From Nitrosopumilus sp. (GTDB lineage Archaea; Thermoproteota; Nitrososphaeria; Nitrososphaerales; Nitrosopumilaceae): a stretch of DNA of 64,000 nucleotides. A model generated the notes under the pieces. The model was not told where the DNA came from, made no database searches, and saw only the letters and a list, made by a program, of their open reading frames with translations. The stretch lies in assembly GCA_965214775.1 (NCBI GenBank), contig OZ243974.1, positions 2,688,001 through 2,752,000 of the forward strand, in the 5' to 3' direction. The translations under genes and the position numbers were made by a program. Shown one piece after another: positions 30,319 to 40,394 of this stretch. Each line of letters opens with the position of its first letter. The first letter of the stretch is position 1.

Positions 30319-31488
30319 TTATTTCTCCATCAGCTGTCTTAGCTCTTCAAATACAAACTTGCAATCATAAGGGCCCGGAGCAGCTTCGGGATGAAATTGG
30401 ACTGCAATGCATTTCCTTGATTTGTGCCTTATTCCTTCAACTGTTTTGTCATCGGCGTTTGTAAACCACAGGCCAAAGTTGGATTTTTCAAGCGACTCGG
30501 GTTTTATTCCGTATCCGTGGTTCTGGCTTGTGACATAAACCTGGTTTGTTTCCAGATTGACGCAAGGCTTGTTTTGTCCTCTGTGGCCATACTTTAGTTT
30601 GTAGGTCTCAGTGTTTCCTGCAATGCCGATTATTTGCGCGCCAAGACAGATTCCAAGTGTCGGAACATCGTTTTCAATTAGCTGTTTGGCCGTCTGAATT
30701 GTTGCAGGACAGTTTTGTGGATCACCGGGCCCGCTGCTCAGAACGACTCCTTTTGGATTGTAAGACATTATTTTTTCATACGGCGTATCCCACGGGACAA
30801 GAATTGCTCTATAGCCAAGTTCCCTGATGTTTCTTAGAATTGCAAACTTTGCACCGGTATCAATTACTACCACCGTTGCTTCTGTTGCCTGCTCTTTATC
30901 ATCACCATAAACTTTTTCCTCCTTGGTGGAAACTGAGTCCATAAATTGCTCAGAATTGTAATGAGGGGCCTCAGAGAGTTGTTTTTTGACTGACTCGGCA
31001 TCAATCTCAGCATCAGACACTGCAAGGGCAGCCATCATGACGCCGCCGGTTCTGAGTTTCTTTGTCAGTGCCCTAGTGTCAATTTTGGCAATTCCGGGAA
31101 CTTTTTCATTGTGCATCCATTCATCCAAGGTCATTGAGAGGTTCCAGTGACTTGCCGTATGCGATAATTCATGGACTACAAGACCTCTTGCTTGAATCTT
31201 GTCTGCCTCAAAGTATTTTGGAATACCATCATCGTCTGCAATTTTTGGATCTGGAACTCCATAATTCCCAACAAGGGGGTAGGTTAGCGTAAGGATTTGT
31301 CCTTTGTAGGAAGGGTCAGTGAGTGCTTCTGTGTATCCGACCATTCCGGTATTAAATACAATTTCGCCAAAAACAGTCGTAGAATATCCAAAGCCTTCAC
31401 CTTCAAGAACAGTGCCGTCATCAAAAACGAGCTTTCCGAACTTTTTTGTGTGGATTGATTTCTTTGTGGATATTGTGACCCTCAGCAA
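30319..31488 (-). CDS. carA: Carbamoyl-phosphate synthase small subunit
   Basis: GEIVFNTGMVGY, GPGDP, GICLG, QFHPE; start approximate. Confidence 0.95.
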   Translation of the reverse strand: MLRVTISTKKSIHTKKFGKLVFDDGTVLEGEGFGYSTTVFGEIVFNTGMVGYTEALTDPSYKGQILTLTYPLVGNYGVPDPKIADDDGIPKYFEADKIQARGLVVHELSHTASHWNLSMTLDEWMHNEKVPGIAKIDTRALTKKLRTGGVMMAALAVSDAEIDAESVKKQLSEAPHYNSEQFMDSVSTKEEKVYGDDKEQATEATVVVIDTGAKFAILRNIRELGYRAILVPWDTPYEKIMSYNPKGVVLSSGPGDPQNCPATIQTAKQLIENDVPTLGICLGAQIIGIAGNTETYKLKYGHRGQNKPCVNLETNQVYVTSQNHGYGIKPESLEKSNFGLWFTNADDKTVEGIRHKSRKCIAVQFHPEAAPGPYDCKFVFEELRQLMEK

Positions 31489-31724
31489 TTCCGCAATACT
31501 TTGAATTTAAGTTTTTGGAGAAATGAAAAATCACATCTGTGATCGCAGAAATCTATCTCAGAGTAGCCAGATGCTTTTTTGAAAACCTGCCTGCAGTTCC
31601 CCCTCTTGGTGTCCTCCTTAAAGGAGAAGGCAGTCCTTTGATAGCATGCCCCATAGGAAAGGTTGCCATCTGATCGACGGTTCCTTGCAGATTCTCTCCG
31701 TTTTTTTTCTTTTTTGTCAAGACG

Positions 31725-31892
31725 GGGGCTGTCCAAAAAATTTCCAAGAGGCTGCCATAATCTGCCAGTCTGCCCCCCTCCCATATGCGGACAGATTCAG
31801 ATGTAGAACGGGACATTTTCGGCCAACCATGCGCAAAAGACAACGTAAATATCCGTGCGGGCCATATCTTACGGTAATGCTGCGGTTCACCA
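31725..31892 (-). mobile_element. Isolated right end of the IS5-like family at 38179-39864
   Basis: Reverse-complement match to 39700-39864. Confidence 0.85.
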
Positions 31893-32031
31893 ACTGATCT
31901 GGACCCCGTATTTTCGAACCACTTTTTGGGCGTTTTTGCGTAGCTCTGGCATCATCATTTGCCTGCCTCCCTTTGGTGCCGTACAATGAACTCCATCGGA
32001 GTGAGATATCCAAGTGAGGAGTGTATTCTAT

Positions 32032-32554
32032 GTATGAGTTTACCCCTCAGGCGACGTTTCCAGTCAGGGTCTTGGCGACCATCTCACTCACGTTGCAACC
32101 TTGGGCGCGCCAGTTCATCGTGCATGTCATCAGCACGGTGAACATCTCCATGCCCTCCATGGTACGGAGTCCCTGGAATATCTTGCGCGCAATTACGGAC
32201 GGCCTCAGTGTGCGTTCGGCCAGGTTGTTGGTGGGATCCATCCCATGACGCGTCATAAACGTGTAGAGAAACTCCGAGGTGTTGTCAACCCTTGTGGCAT
32301 AGCTGTTGCATCCTTCCTTTTTGTATGTGGCGACAATCTCGTGTGTTTCTGCCACCCGACTGTTGTGCTGCCTGGCAGCCTCCTCCTCCTCCGGCGACCC
32401 CAGCCCCTTGGCGCAATGCATCTGCCACTTGAGGCGCTGGCCTGCGGCGCGAACCTCCGGGGGTATGAGGTCACGTCCCTTACTAGCTAGGCGTGGAAAT
32501 CATAATTATACATACCAATTCGTGCTTGATTGGTGGGGATAGGTGACCACATAC
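32032..32554 (-). mobile_element. Internally deleted IS66-family element
   Basis: DPTNNLAERTLRPSVIARK motif; ends gtatgagtttacccc / ggtgaccacatac. Confidence 0.8.
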
Positions 32555-32609
32555 ATATTCAGTCTCAACTGCACATGCCGTGTTCTCCTGATGGTTTCTT
32601 CTCAAGACT

Positions 32610-33803
32610 CTAGAGTGCCTGGAACTCTTCGCTCCATTTGTGATATGCCCTAACCATCTCGCCTGAAACGCTTGGTTTTCTCCTTGCCATGATTTCCTTG
32701 AAATCGGCAGTCGTCAACTCTCTTGGTTGAACCGGTTCCTCTCCTTCGACTGGCTCATGGTAGTCCGGGGAGTTGAAAATCTCATGAACCGTTTTGATTT
32801 GTGCTGCCTGACAGACATCCTTGATGTCGCTGGCACTATAGCCGTCAAAGATCTTTGCCAGGCTGGCAGAGTTTATGCGGTAATCCTTTCTCAGGGGGGC
32901 AGTATACTGATTAAACAAATTCTCTCTTGCCTCTTGTGTCGGAAGGGATACATAGATTCGCTTTTGGAATCTTCTCAAAAACGGCCAGTCAAGACTCCAT
33001 GGTTTGTTGGTTGCGCCAATAACATATAGCATCAAATCTTTTCCTTTGCCGTTAACGCCGTCCATTTCGGTCAGAAACTGGTTTTTAGTTCTGACTTCAC
33101 CTCCAACCTCACTGTTTCTAGAACCCAGCAGCGAATCGACCTCGTCTACAAATAGTATTACGGGCTTGCCTTCTTTCTCAGCATAGGTTCTTGCCATTAC
33201 AAATAACTTTGAGACATTTTTTTCTGCCTCACCCAGCCATTTGCTCATCATAGAGGATGCATCCACATTGATAAAGTAGCCGTCCATTTCATTTGCAGTA
33301 GCAGCTGCCAGCATCGTCTTGCCGGTTCCCGGCGGCCCATAAAGCAGCATGCCTTTTGGCCATCCCAGTGGGAACAGGTCCGGCCTTTTAGTAGGATAAA
33401 CGATGGATTCGCGTAATGCCGACTTTGCATCTTCTAGGCCAACCACTTGATCCCATGTAACATCTGGCTTTTCTTTTAGAACCAGATCCTCAAAATCATT
33501 TTCTGCTTCCTGCCTTTGAACGGACTTTTTTTGCTCTTCAGGAGTTGCCTTGGGATCAACTGCAGGATCAACGCCATGGGCCTGCTGTAACGCGTTAATC
33601 CGATTATGATAGGAATTGCATCTATCCTTGTAAATCGGGTTTAGCTTGCTGTTGGGGTATAGCTGCAACAGTTTTACCAGCGCGTCAATTGCATGCTGAT
33701 AGTGAGTGATTGCCATGCCACGGGCGCCTTGGGAGTCGCATTTGATTGCCTCCGAAGCGCTTTTGCTAGCAGTGTTTTCTAATTCCTGGGGGGCCAAACT
33801 CAT
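32610..33803 (-). CDS. cdvC: Vps4-like AAA ATPase CdvC
   Basis: N-terminal MIT domain, GPPGTGKT, SKWLGEAEK, DEVDS, RRFQKRIY. Confidence 0.93.
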   Translation of the reverse strand: MSLAPQELENTASKSASEAIKCDSQGARGMAITHYQHAIDALVKLLQLYPNSKLNPIYKDRCNSYHNRINALQQAHGVDPAVDPKATPEEQKKSVQRQEAENDFEDLVLKEKPDVTWDQVVGLEDAKSALRESIVYPTKRPDLFPLGWPKGMLLYGPPGTGKTMLAAATANEMDGYFINVDASSMMSKWLGEAEKNVSKLFVMARTYAEKEGKPVILFVDEVDSLLGSRNSEVGGEVRTKNQFLTEMDGVNGKGKDLMLYVIGATNKPWSLDWPFLRRFQKRIYVSLPTQEARENLFNQYTAPLRKDYRINSASLAKIFDGYSASDIKDVCQAAQIKTVHEIFNSPDYHEPVEGEEPVQPRELTTADFKEIMARRKPSVSGEMVRAYHKWSEEFQAL

Positions 33804-33812
33804 CGATATTAC

Positions 33813-34307
33813 CTACGCAGTATTCCCTTGAGGTTTTTGTTGGTATTCTACGGTGTTAACCTCTGTCACAATTTTGGTTAAATTAATTGCACTTGTTTCA
33901 TGCTTGTCATAGTCAGGACCGTCATGGTATCTTTCCTTGAAATCGGATTTGTCAGAGATGTGGGCATGCATGTCCTTGACCTTGCCAATGGAGTCTTCGG
34001 CCTCCAAAATCAGTTCAGATACCTCATCATCAATCTCTTCTAGCGATTTTGCAGAATCAGAGATGATGTCTACAAATTCCTTGAGGATGGAGCGCGTCTC
34101 TTTTTTGTCCTGGTATTTTGCAAGCATGAATTTGGCAATGCCTACAACCTTCTCCAAGTCCTGCAGTTCTTCCAGGGTTAGTTTGTCAAGCCTGTCTTTT
34201 TCTGAGGATGGTTTTGCCTCAGAGATTTTCCTTTCTAGTTTTGATGAAATGGACTTGATTCGATCTAAATCCTTTGAAAGACTCCGTCTAGTGTTTAGCA
34301 TCTTCAA
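33813..34307 (-). CDS. Coiled-coil hypothetical protein in the cdv cluster
   Basis: Clean ORF overlapping its upstream neighbour by 4 bp. Confidence 0.75.
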   Translation of the reverse strand: MKMLNTRRSLSKDLDRIKSISSKLERKISEAKPSSEKDRLDKLTLEELQDLEKVVGIAKFMLAKYQDKKETRSILKEFVDIISDSAKSLEEIDDEVSELILEAEDSIGKVKDMHAHISDKSDFKERYHDGPDYDKHETSAINLTKIVTEVNTVEYQQKPQGNTA

Positions 34308-34906
34308 GTGTCACATGTTTTCAAAAAGCCAACATTAGGATATGACTTGCACATTTTAGAGTTCGTCATCAATTTTACTTTATCAAGTACGGATGCTGAT
34401 TCCTCATTTGACTGCCTAAAGTCAAATCTTGCCTTTGTCAGTGCGGCAGAATCCATCACGATGCTTCCCAAGTGAACTGACAACTCGGATAGTTTTTGGC
34501 TGCAATCAGGCAGGATTTCATACAGTCTTGCACTGATTGTTCTGATCATCTGGATTACAGATGGCAACACTTCAGGAAGGCTAGTTATGCCATTTATTCC
34601 AGATGCCCTCTTTTTTACAACATACAGTACCTCATGGCAATACCAGCAGGTCCTTTCCAACTCCAAGGATTCCAAATGGGCAGCATCCTTTTCATCAAAA
34701 AAAGATGCTAGGTCTTTGTTTGATTCTTTTATCTCTGATTTTTTTTCTGACAGAGTTTCAATGATTTCAGATAGCAAATTGACAGAATATTCCAATCTTG
34801 GAACCAACGTCACTGAATGGGAGACGATGCTAAAATCATCAGATGGCCCTAGGCTGTAATTTACCAACATACCGAATTGGTTTGAAATTTTGTATATCAG
34901 AACCAT
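34304..34906 (-). CDS. Divergent ESCRT-III/CdvB-like protein
   Basis: Helical; LPSVIQMIRTISARLYEILPDCSQKLSELS resembles the CdvB core; adjacent to cdvC. Confidence 0.55.
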   Translation of the reverse strand: MVLIYKISNQFGMLVNYSLGPSDDFSIVSHSVTLVPRLEYSVNLLSEIIETLSEKKSEIKESNKDLASFFDEKDAAHLESLELERTCWYCHEVLYVVKKRASGINGITSLPEVLPSVIQMIRTISARLYEILPDCSQKLSELSVHLGSIVMDSAALTKARFDFRQSNEESASVLDKVKLMTNSKMCKSYPNVGFLKTCDT

Positions 34907-35027
34907 GTATCAAAGAAAACAGTAACCGCAGTTACACCCGTCTGCAGATACAATTTTGATTTTTTTTGAGTATTTGTGTAAAGGAATTTAGCTCTCAATT
35001 TTACCTAATAACAAATCAAGCAGAATC

Positions 35028-36188
35028 ATGGCCAATGAACACGCACTAACTGTCAGTCTCGAGGAATTCGGCCTAAGCAAGTACGAAGCACAGGCTTATG
35101 TGTCATTAATTTCCAAGGGAACGATCTCTGCAAGCGAACTGGCATATTATTCAGAGATTCCCAGGACAAAGATCTACCCGACTCTGCTCAAACTAGAAAA
35201 AAAGAAGCTGGCAATCACCTCCAAAGGCAAACCAATCATGTGTACTGCAATTGCGCCCGAAGATGCCTTTGATGAGATTATTCACGAGCAGATCAACAAG
35301 GTAAATGCAATGAACACGCTTGTTTCCAGTCTGAAAAAGGCAAGCGAGGAGAGTAGAAAATCAAGGGGTTCAGAGGAGAAGAGGTACTTTCACATTTCAG
35401 CTAACATGGTATTGAACCAGTTGCAGACCATGATCGAAGGCTCCAAATCTTCAATCAGAATCATGGCAGACCAGTGGGGATTGGGATTGCTAGCCGAATG
35501 CAAAGAGCAGCTAGTTTCATCTCTTAGGCGAAATCTAGATGTCAAGGTAGCAGTTCAGCCATCACAGATCTGCTCTGAACCGTTCAGAAGGATTCCTGAC
35601 GGCGTGGAGATCAGGGGGTCTGACGTTACACAGAATTGCTTTATCTTTGATGAGACGGAGCTGTTAATGGTAAACAGCAACAATGGCAAGGGCGCGATAT
35701 TTTCGTCGACTGACATTTTAGGAGTCAATCAGGAAAAAGTATTTTCAAACATTTGGAAAAACGCAATCAGAACAAAGGCATTAGCTGATATGACAAAGGC
35801 TGAAGCCCAAGAGATTTGCAAAATTATCAAGACAGTAAATGACTCAGGTTTATCCCACATTCTAAACTCTGCAATGGTTTCCAAGAAACCAGTGTCTGAC
35901 ATGCTCGAATTGCTGGAGAAAAACGGGATTCCCATAAAATCAAAGCCGCTTGACGATGTCATAGAAATCATTGACGCGGTATTGCAAATTACATGCTCAG
36001 GTCATGTCAACTTTGAGGCAAACACCAAAAACATCACAGTCGAGTCAAAACTGAACAGTGGCCACTCCCTGCCATGGGTTTCAATTCTTGACGGATGCCT
36101 GCAAAAGCAGGGCTACAAGACAAGAACCGTGTATCAGGACAATTCCTCAAAAGGCGAAAAAATACACATTAAAATTTCCAAAAGTTAG
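35028..36188 (+). CDS. TrmB-family transcriptional regulator
   Basis: FGLSKYEAQAYVSL, IPRTKIYPTLLKLEKK. Confidence 0.9.
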   Translation: MANEHALTVSLEEFGLSKYEAQAYVSLISKGTISASELAYYSEIPRTKIYPTLLKLEKKKLAITSKGKPIMCTAIAPEDAFDEIIHEQINKVNAMNTLVSSLKKASEESRKSRGSEEKRYFHISANMVLNQLQTMIEGSKSSIRIMADQWGLGLLAECKEQLVSSLRRNLDVKVAVQPSQICSEPFRRIPDGVEIRGSDVTQNCFIFDETELLMVNSNNGKGAIFSSTDILGVNQEKVFSNIWKNAIRTKALADMTKAEAQEICKIIKTVNDSGLSHILNSAMVSKKPVSDMLELLEKNGIPIKSKPLDDVIEIIDAVLQITCSGHVNFEANTKNITVESKLNSGHSLPWVSILDGCLQKQGYKTRTVYQDNSSKGEKIHIKISKS

Positions 36189-36378
36189 GCAGGCCCATAG
36201 GCTTGCTGAGACAGTATCCATAGCACCTACGATATCTAGTGAACCACGATTTTACAGCATCATGCATGTTTTGTAGCAAAAATAATTGATTTGTAACCGT
36301 AGACAGTACTGCCATGCAGCAGCAGTAGTAGTTATCAAGTAAAACCTAAATCAAGTCAAAGACAGTCACAAGCATATC

Positions 36379-36834
36379 ATGTCTGAAGACAGATTAGCAT
36401 CGCTAGGAATCACGCTTCCAGAAGCCCCGGTCCCCGCCGGAAACTACATCCCGGCAGTAAAAACAGGAAACTTGCTCTTCATTTCAGGACAAATTCCGCT
36501 TGAAGGCGGAAAAATCACTTTCACTGGCAAAGTTTCAGATGACAATTTAGAGACTGCCCAAAAATCAGCCAAAGTCTGTGCAGTCAACATTTTAGCACAG
36601 ATTAAAAGAGAACTAGGAAGCCTTGACAGGGTTACAAGAATTGTAAGGCTGTCGGGATTTGTCAATTCGGTTCCAGAGTTTGCAATGCAGCCCAAAGTAA
36701 TCAACCCGGCATCAGACTTGATGTTTGAAGTGTTTGGGAAGAAAGGAAGGCATTCAAGAATCGCAGTAGGGGTATCTAGTCTTCCGCTAGATTCCATGAC
36801 TGAGATTGATGCAATAGTAGAATTTGCAGGATAA
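36379..36834 (+). CDS. RidA/YjgF family protein
   Basis: PAGNYIP, ISGQIP, GRHSRIAVGVSSLP. Confidence 0.9.
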   Translation: MSEDRLASLGITLPEAPVPAGNYIPAVKTGNLLFISGQIPLEGGKITFTGKVSDDNLETAQKSAKVCAVNILAQIKRELGSLDRVTRIVRLSGFVNSVPEFAMQPKVINPASDLMFEVFGKKGRHSRIAVGVSSLPLDSMTEIDAIVEFAG

Positions 36835-36890
36835 AATTCGGGTGTTTTCCTAAATAGATTTTTCACGCCATAGTATCCATGGCACAGAAA

Positions 36891-37047
36891 CAGATGAGTC
36901 AGGATTAGAGACGGCAAATGCCCGGGATTTTTTCATACATTGACCAGGTAACTTACATATGACTGCCAATTGAATGTGTTTTAATCGATTTAGTGATGCA
37001 AAGTTTGTTTATACACGATCCGAATTTGCTAATTTTGAATCAACTCT
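36891..37047. mobile_element. Longer ISL2-derived MITE subtype, one end degenerate
   Basis: ctaattttgaatcaactct|cag end; similar to the reverse copy at 40154-40320 and the end at 37665-37708. Confidence 0.65.
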
Positions 37048-37139
37048 CAGCATAGAAGACGAGATATTCAGTTATGAGAACATGTCTGTACATAGGTAGT
37101 GCTCGCATCAAAAAAACGGATCACAATTTTGAATGCATC

Positions 37140-37249
37140 GTGCCTATTTCGATAAAAAAATATCCGATTTTCAACCGATCATCTGATCTTTGTAAGCATG
37201 GGCTCTGATACGGGTGCCTATTTCGATAAAAAAATATCCGATTTTCAAC
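37140..37249. repeat. 36-bp perfect direct duplication flanking a 38-bp insert
   Basis: Copies 37140-37175 and 37214-37249. Confidence 0.95.
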
Positions 37250-37375
37250 TATGTGCACTGGAATACCATGGTGAGTGGAGGATGTACTTTTCGCGGTACA
37301 TGAAGAACGGCAGACCCCGCCGATTGCATTCTGTGACAAAAAGATCACAGAAGTGATCAGAGAAAAAGACCCAAA

Positions 37376-37493
37376 GTAACAGGTTAGTCCCTGCCTAGAG
37401 TTGGAGTTGCATCCCTTGCCGGCCAAGCATGAAAATCACAACTGCAGGCAGATTCATGCCTGATTGCTGCCTAGGCAGGGGCTATCCTGTTAC
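37376..37493. mobile_element. 118-bp MITE with GTAAC ends and 8-bp TSD, inserted in an IS481 remnant
   Basis: TIR gtaacaggttagtccctgcctag / ctaggcaggggctatcctgttac; TSD gacccaaa; flanks read KDPK|WMERD. Confidence 0.9.
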
Positions 37494-37527
37494 GACCCAA
37501 AATGGATGGAGAGAGACACCGATGAAT

Positions 37528-37638
37528 GTAACTGATCGGGTTCTGGAAGTCGTTTCCGATTTTAAGCACAGATTCTGTTTGATCGGCATGCATCAGTAGC
37601 AAAATTCGTGCCTGAACTTCCAGAGCCCGAGCTGTTAT
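37528..37638. mobile_element. Degenerate GTAAC-type MITE related to 63299-63408
   Basis: gtaactgatcgggttctggaag / cttccagagcccgagctgttat. Confidence 0.75.
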
Positions 37639-37706
37639 CTATGAGATTACCTGACAAGTGTGCAAAAAAATCGGGTATTTGTGCGGTTTCTAATTTCGGA
37701 TCATCT

Positions 37707-38135
37707 CTAAGCACTACAGCTCTCAAACGAACCTGCCTGACTATCATAATAGGCACAATAACGAACGATCAGGCTGTCAACTCCAACCTCACCTATCACG
37801 CCTCCCAGTCCAGAGGATGACAGATCGATGTCGGCCCAGACAACCTCCCCTGGTGCAATCTGCAGGTCATAAGACAGGTCAGCAGCTCCAACCTCGTTGT
37901 CGCCGTCATAAAACCGCACGTCGGCACGATTCAGAACCGCCTCTACGTTGCCGAGGTTTTCCATACAAATGCTAACACGGAGATCAAGTCCCTCCATGTC
38001 CGCCCCGTAACCGCAATATGCAACGTCGGCAAAAGCCTTGTTCTGTTCGACGTCCGTCGAGATCTGTCCAAGAAGTGCAGACAGAACGCCAATTATGGCA
38101 ACGCCAACAATTACTAGTACTATCTTTTTTCCCAC
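37707..38135 (-). CDS. Membrane-anchored LEA-2-like hypothetical protein
   Basis: N-terminal TM; ENLGNVEAVL...IAPGE pattern; the stop abuts a MITE end. Confidence 0.6.
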   Translation of the reverse strand: MGKKIVLVIVGVAIIGVLSALLGQISTDVEQNKAFADVAYCGYGADMEGLDLRVSICMENLGNVEAVLNRADVRFYDGDNEVGAADLSYDLQIAPGEVVWADIDLSSSGLGGVIGEVGVDSLIVRYCAYYDSQAGSFESCSA

Positions 38136-38221
38136 GGTAACGCTTGCAGAATTTCTATTTAACCACGTTGTTTGTGGCGGGGTTGTCCAAAAAATTTCCT
38201 CAAAATGACCGCTAAGCTTAT

Positions 38222-38710
38222 AGACGCTATATGAAATCTTATCAGTATCCTGTGATATACAATTACCGTTGGGCCTGAGAGTCGATATGATCTTACCATG
38301 TACAAGGGTGTCTTACAGACTGACTCGCAACAGCAGGCGGAAAGCAATGTACCGCGCAGACGGTGAATGGGAGATTCCGCCCGGATCAGGCATTTTGATC
38401 AAAAAGGAGGTGATAACATGATCAACGTAGGAATAGACGTACACAAAAAGACATGCGTTGCAGCAGTAAAGGACGACTCTGGCAAGCTGCTAGAGCGATC
38501 CAAGTTTGAGAACAGCGTTTCTACAACAACGAATTTTGCAACAGACCTCAAGGCACAATACCCTGGACAGCTGTCAATCATGGCAGTATGCGAGTCCACT
38601 GTCACGCAGAGAAAGTATAAGAGGATGCATCGCTTAGCAACATCGTCCTGATTCGGAACACTGAGCTGGCAAGGGTCCACGGTAGGATTAGGTACGATTT
38701 CATATGGGAG
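38222..38710 (+). mobile_element. IS110 copy A: internally deleted, non-autonomous
   Basis: Both ends and the upstream non-coding region retained; CESTV|TQRKY fusion near 38600; AG core at each end. Confidence 0.92.
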
Positions 38711-38765
38711 ATCATGGGCGTAATACGCCGAAAACAATTTTGATCAGCCGATCCTGGCTATTTCA

Positions 38766-39678
38766 ATGAGTAACAACAGAAAGAACACAGAATACTACCG
38801 ACTCTACGAGCAAAAGCGCAGGCAGGAGAGCCCCCGCAAGAAGAGGGCAAGGAAGAACCTGGGAAAGATCGTGCGCAGGGTGGCCAAGAAGATGGCGGAC
38901 AAAACGGGAATCGATGCCAAACTTGCATGGTCTGCCATACGCATTGCGATCCTCAGGATCGAGAACCACCTGTCCTACAGGATCATGGCCACGCATCTGG
39001 AGACAAATCCGGACGATCTCAGGAGGTGCGGCCTGGACCACACACTCTCCAAGTCCACCATACACAACAGGGTGAAGATGCTCTGGGAAATGGGCAAGGA
39101 CTTTATGGACGAGGTCGTGCTGGCCATGTCAGACGGCGAGCGCATAGCGGACCTGCATGGTGACTCGACGGGGTTTGGCCTCCGCAAGTACAAGAGCTGG
39201 CATCATGCCAAGTACGGGGAGATGACAGGACACGACTTTGCAAAGCTGCACATAGCAGGTGCAGTAGGAGGCAGGATACTGTCATTTGAGGCCACGCCTG
39301 GTACATCGGCCGACTCGCCGGAGTTTGCCCGCATGTTTTCCCGCATTCCAAAGGGAGGATACGGCATAGTGGCGCTGGATTCGGCATACGATTCGTACAA
39401 AAACTGCGAGCTGATTGCAAAAAGCGGCCGCGGACCTGCCATAAAGCCGGCAAAGGGAAACGAAAAGCCTTGGCGGGTTCAGTCCCCGGGCCAAGATGCT
39501 GCAGTGGCTGCGTGACAGGCCAGACGAGTTCTGGCGCGCCTATCACATGAGGAGCCAGGTAGAGGCCCTGTTCTCGGCAATGAAGGAAAGGACTGGATCC
39601 GTCCTGCGCTCAAAGCTGGACGGAACCATTACAGTCGAGCTGTTCGCTCGCGTGTTGTGCTACAACCTTACGGTATAA
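38766..39678 (+). pseudogene. DDE_Tnp_1 transposase with frameshift near 39470
   Basis: GDSTGF, AKLH, LDSAYDS; YHMRSQVEALFSAMK in a second frame. Confidence 0.8.
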
Positions 39679-40153
39679 TTTTTATCATAATTCCGTACTG
39701 TTGTTGAACCGCAGCACTACCGTAAGGTATGGCCCGCATGGATATTTACGTTGCCTTTTGCGCATGGCCGGCCGAAAATGTCCCGTTCTGCATCTGAATT
39801 TACATACATACGGGGGCAGACTGGCAGATTATGGCAGCCTCTTGGAAATTTTTTGGACAACCCCGTTTGCGGCTCTTTCCACTTCCTCACTTCCGGGCTT
39901 TCATCCAACTGCCAATCCATAATTTGAGGCCCCGTTTTTGACTTGGGTTGATCAGCTGCTGCCACATGTACAGTTAAAAACCAAATATTCTTGTGTCAAA
40001 ATAGGCATCATAATACAATGACAATGCTATAATCCGCCATTTGGTTGACGTACTGAGCATTTGTGTGTCTTAGAAAGAAGGTACAAGAAGGTCTCGCCAC
40101 CACTTGGTAATTAAACACGAACTACATGCAACTATGGCTTTCATGCTAGTCAG

Positions 40154-40320
40154 AGAGATGATTCGAAATTAGCAGATTCGGATCATGCATAAACGAATTT
40201 ACGTTATTAAATCGACTAAAAGATTCACAAATGACAAGTCGTCTGCAAGATTACTCGATTGGCAAGCGTACAGAAAAATCCGGGTATTTGCACGGTCTCG
40301 AATTCCAGCAGATCACCCAT
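40154..40320. mobile_element. ISL2-derived MITE, reverse orientation
   Basis: cag|agagatgattcgaaattagcagattcggatc; other end degenerate. Confidence 0.65.
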
Positions 40321-40394
40321 CAATAATTGTGGCTGGATCAAGAAGAATTTCAATGAATCATATGACAAGAAGGATTCACAGATTCTTGCATCGA

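Larger units (their letters stand above)
38179..39864 (+). mobile_element. IS5-like element with 9-bp TSD
   Basis: TIR ggggttgtccaaaaaatttcc / ggaaattttttggacaacccc; DR gtttgtggc / gtttgcggc. Confidence 0.9.
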
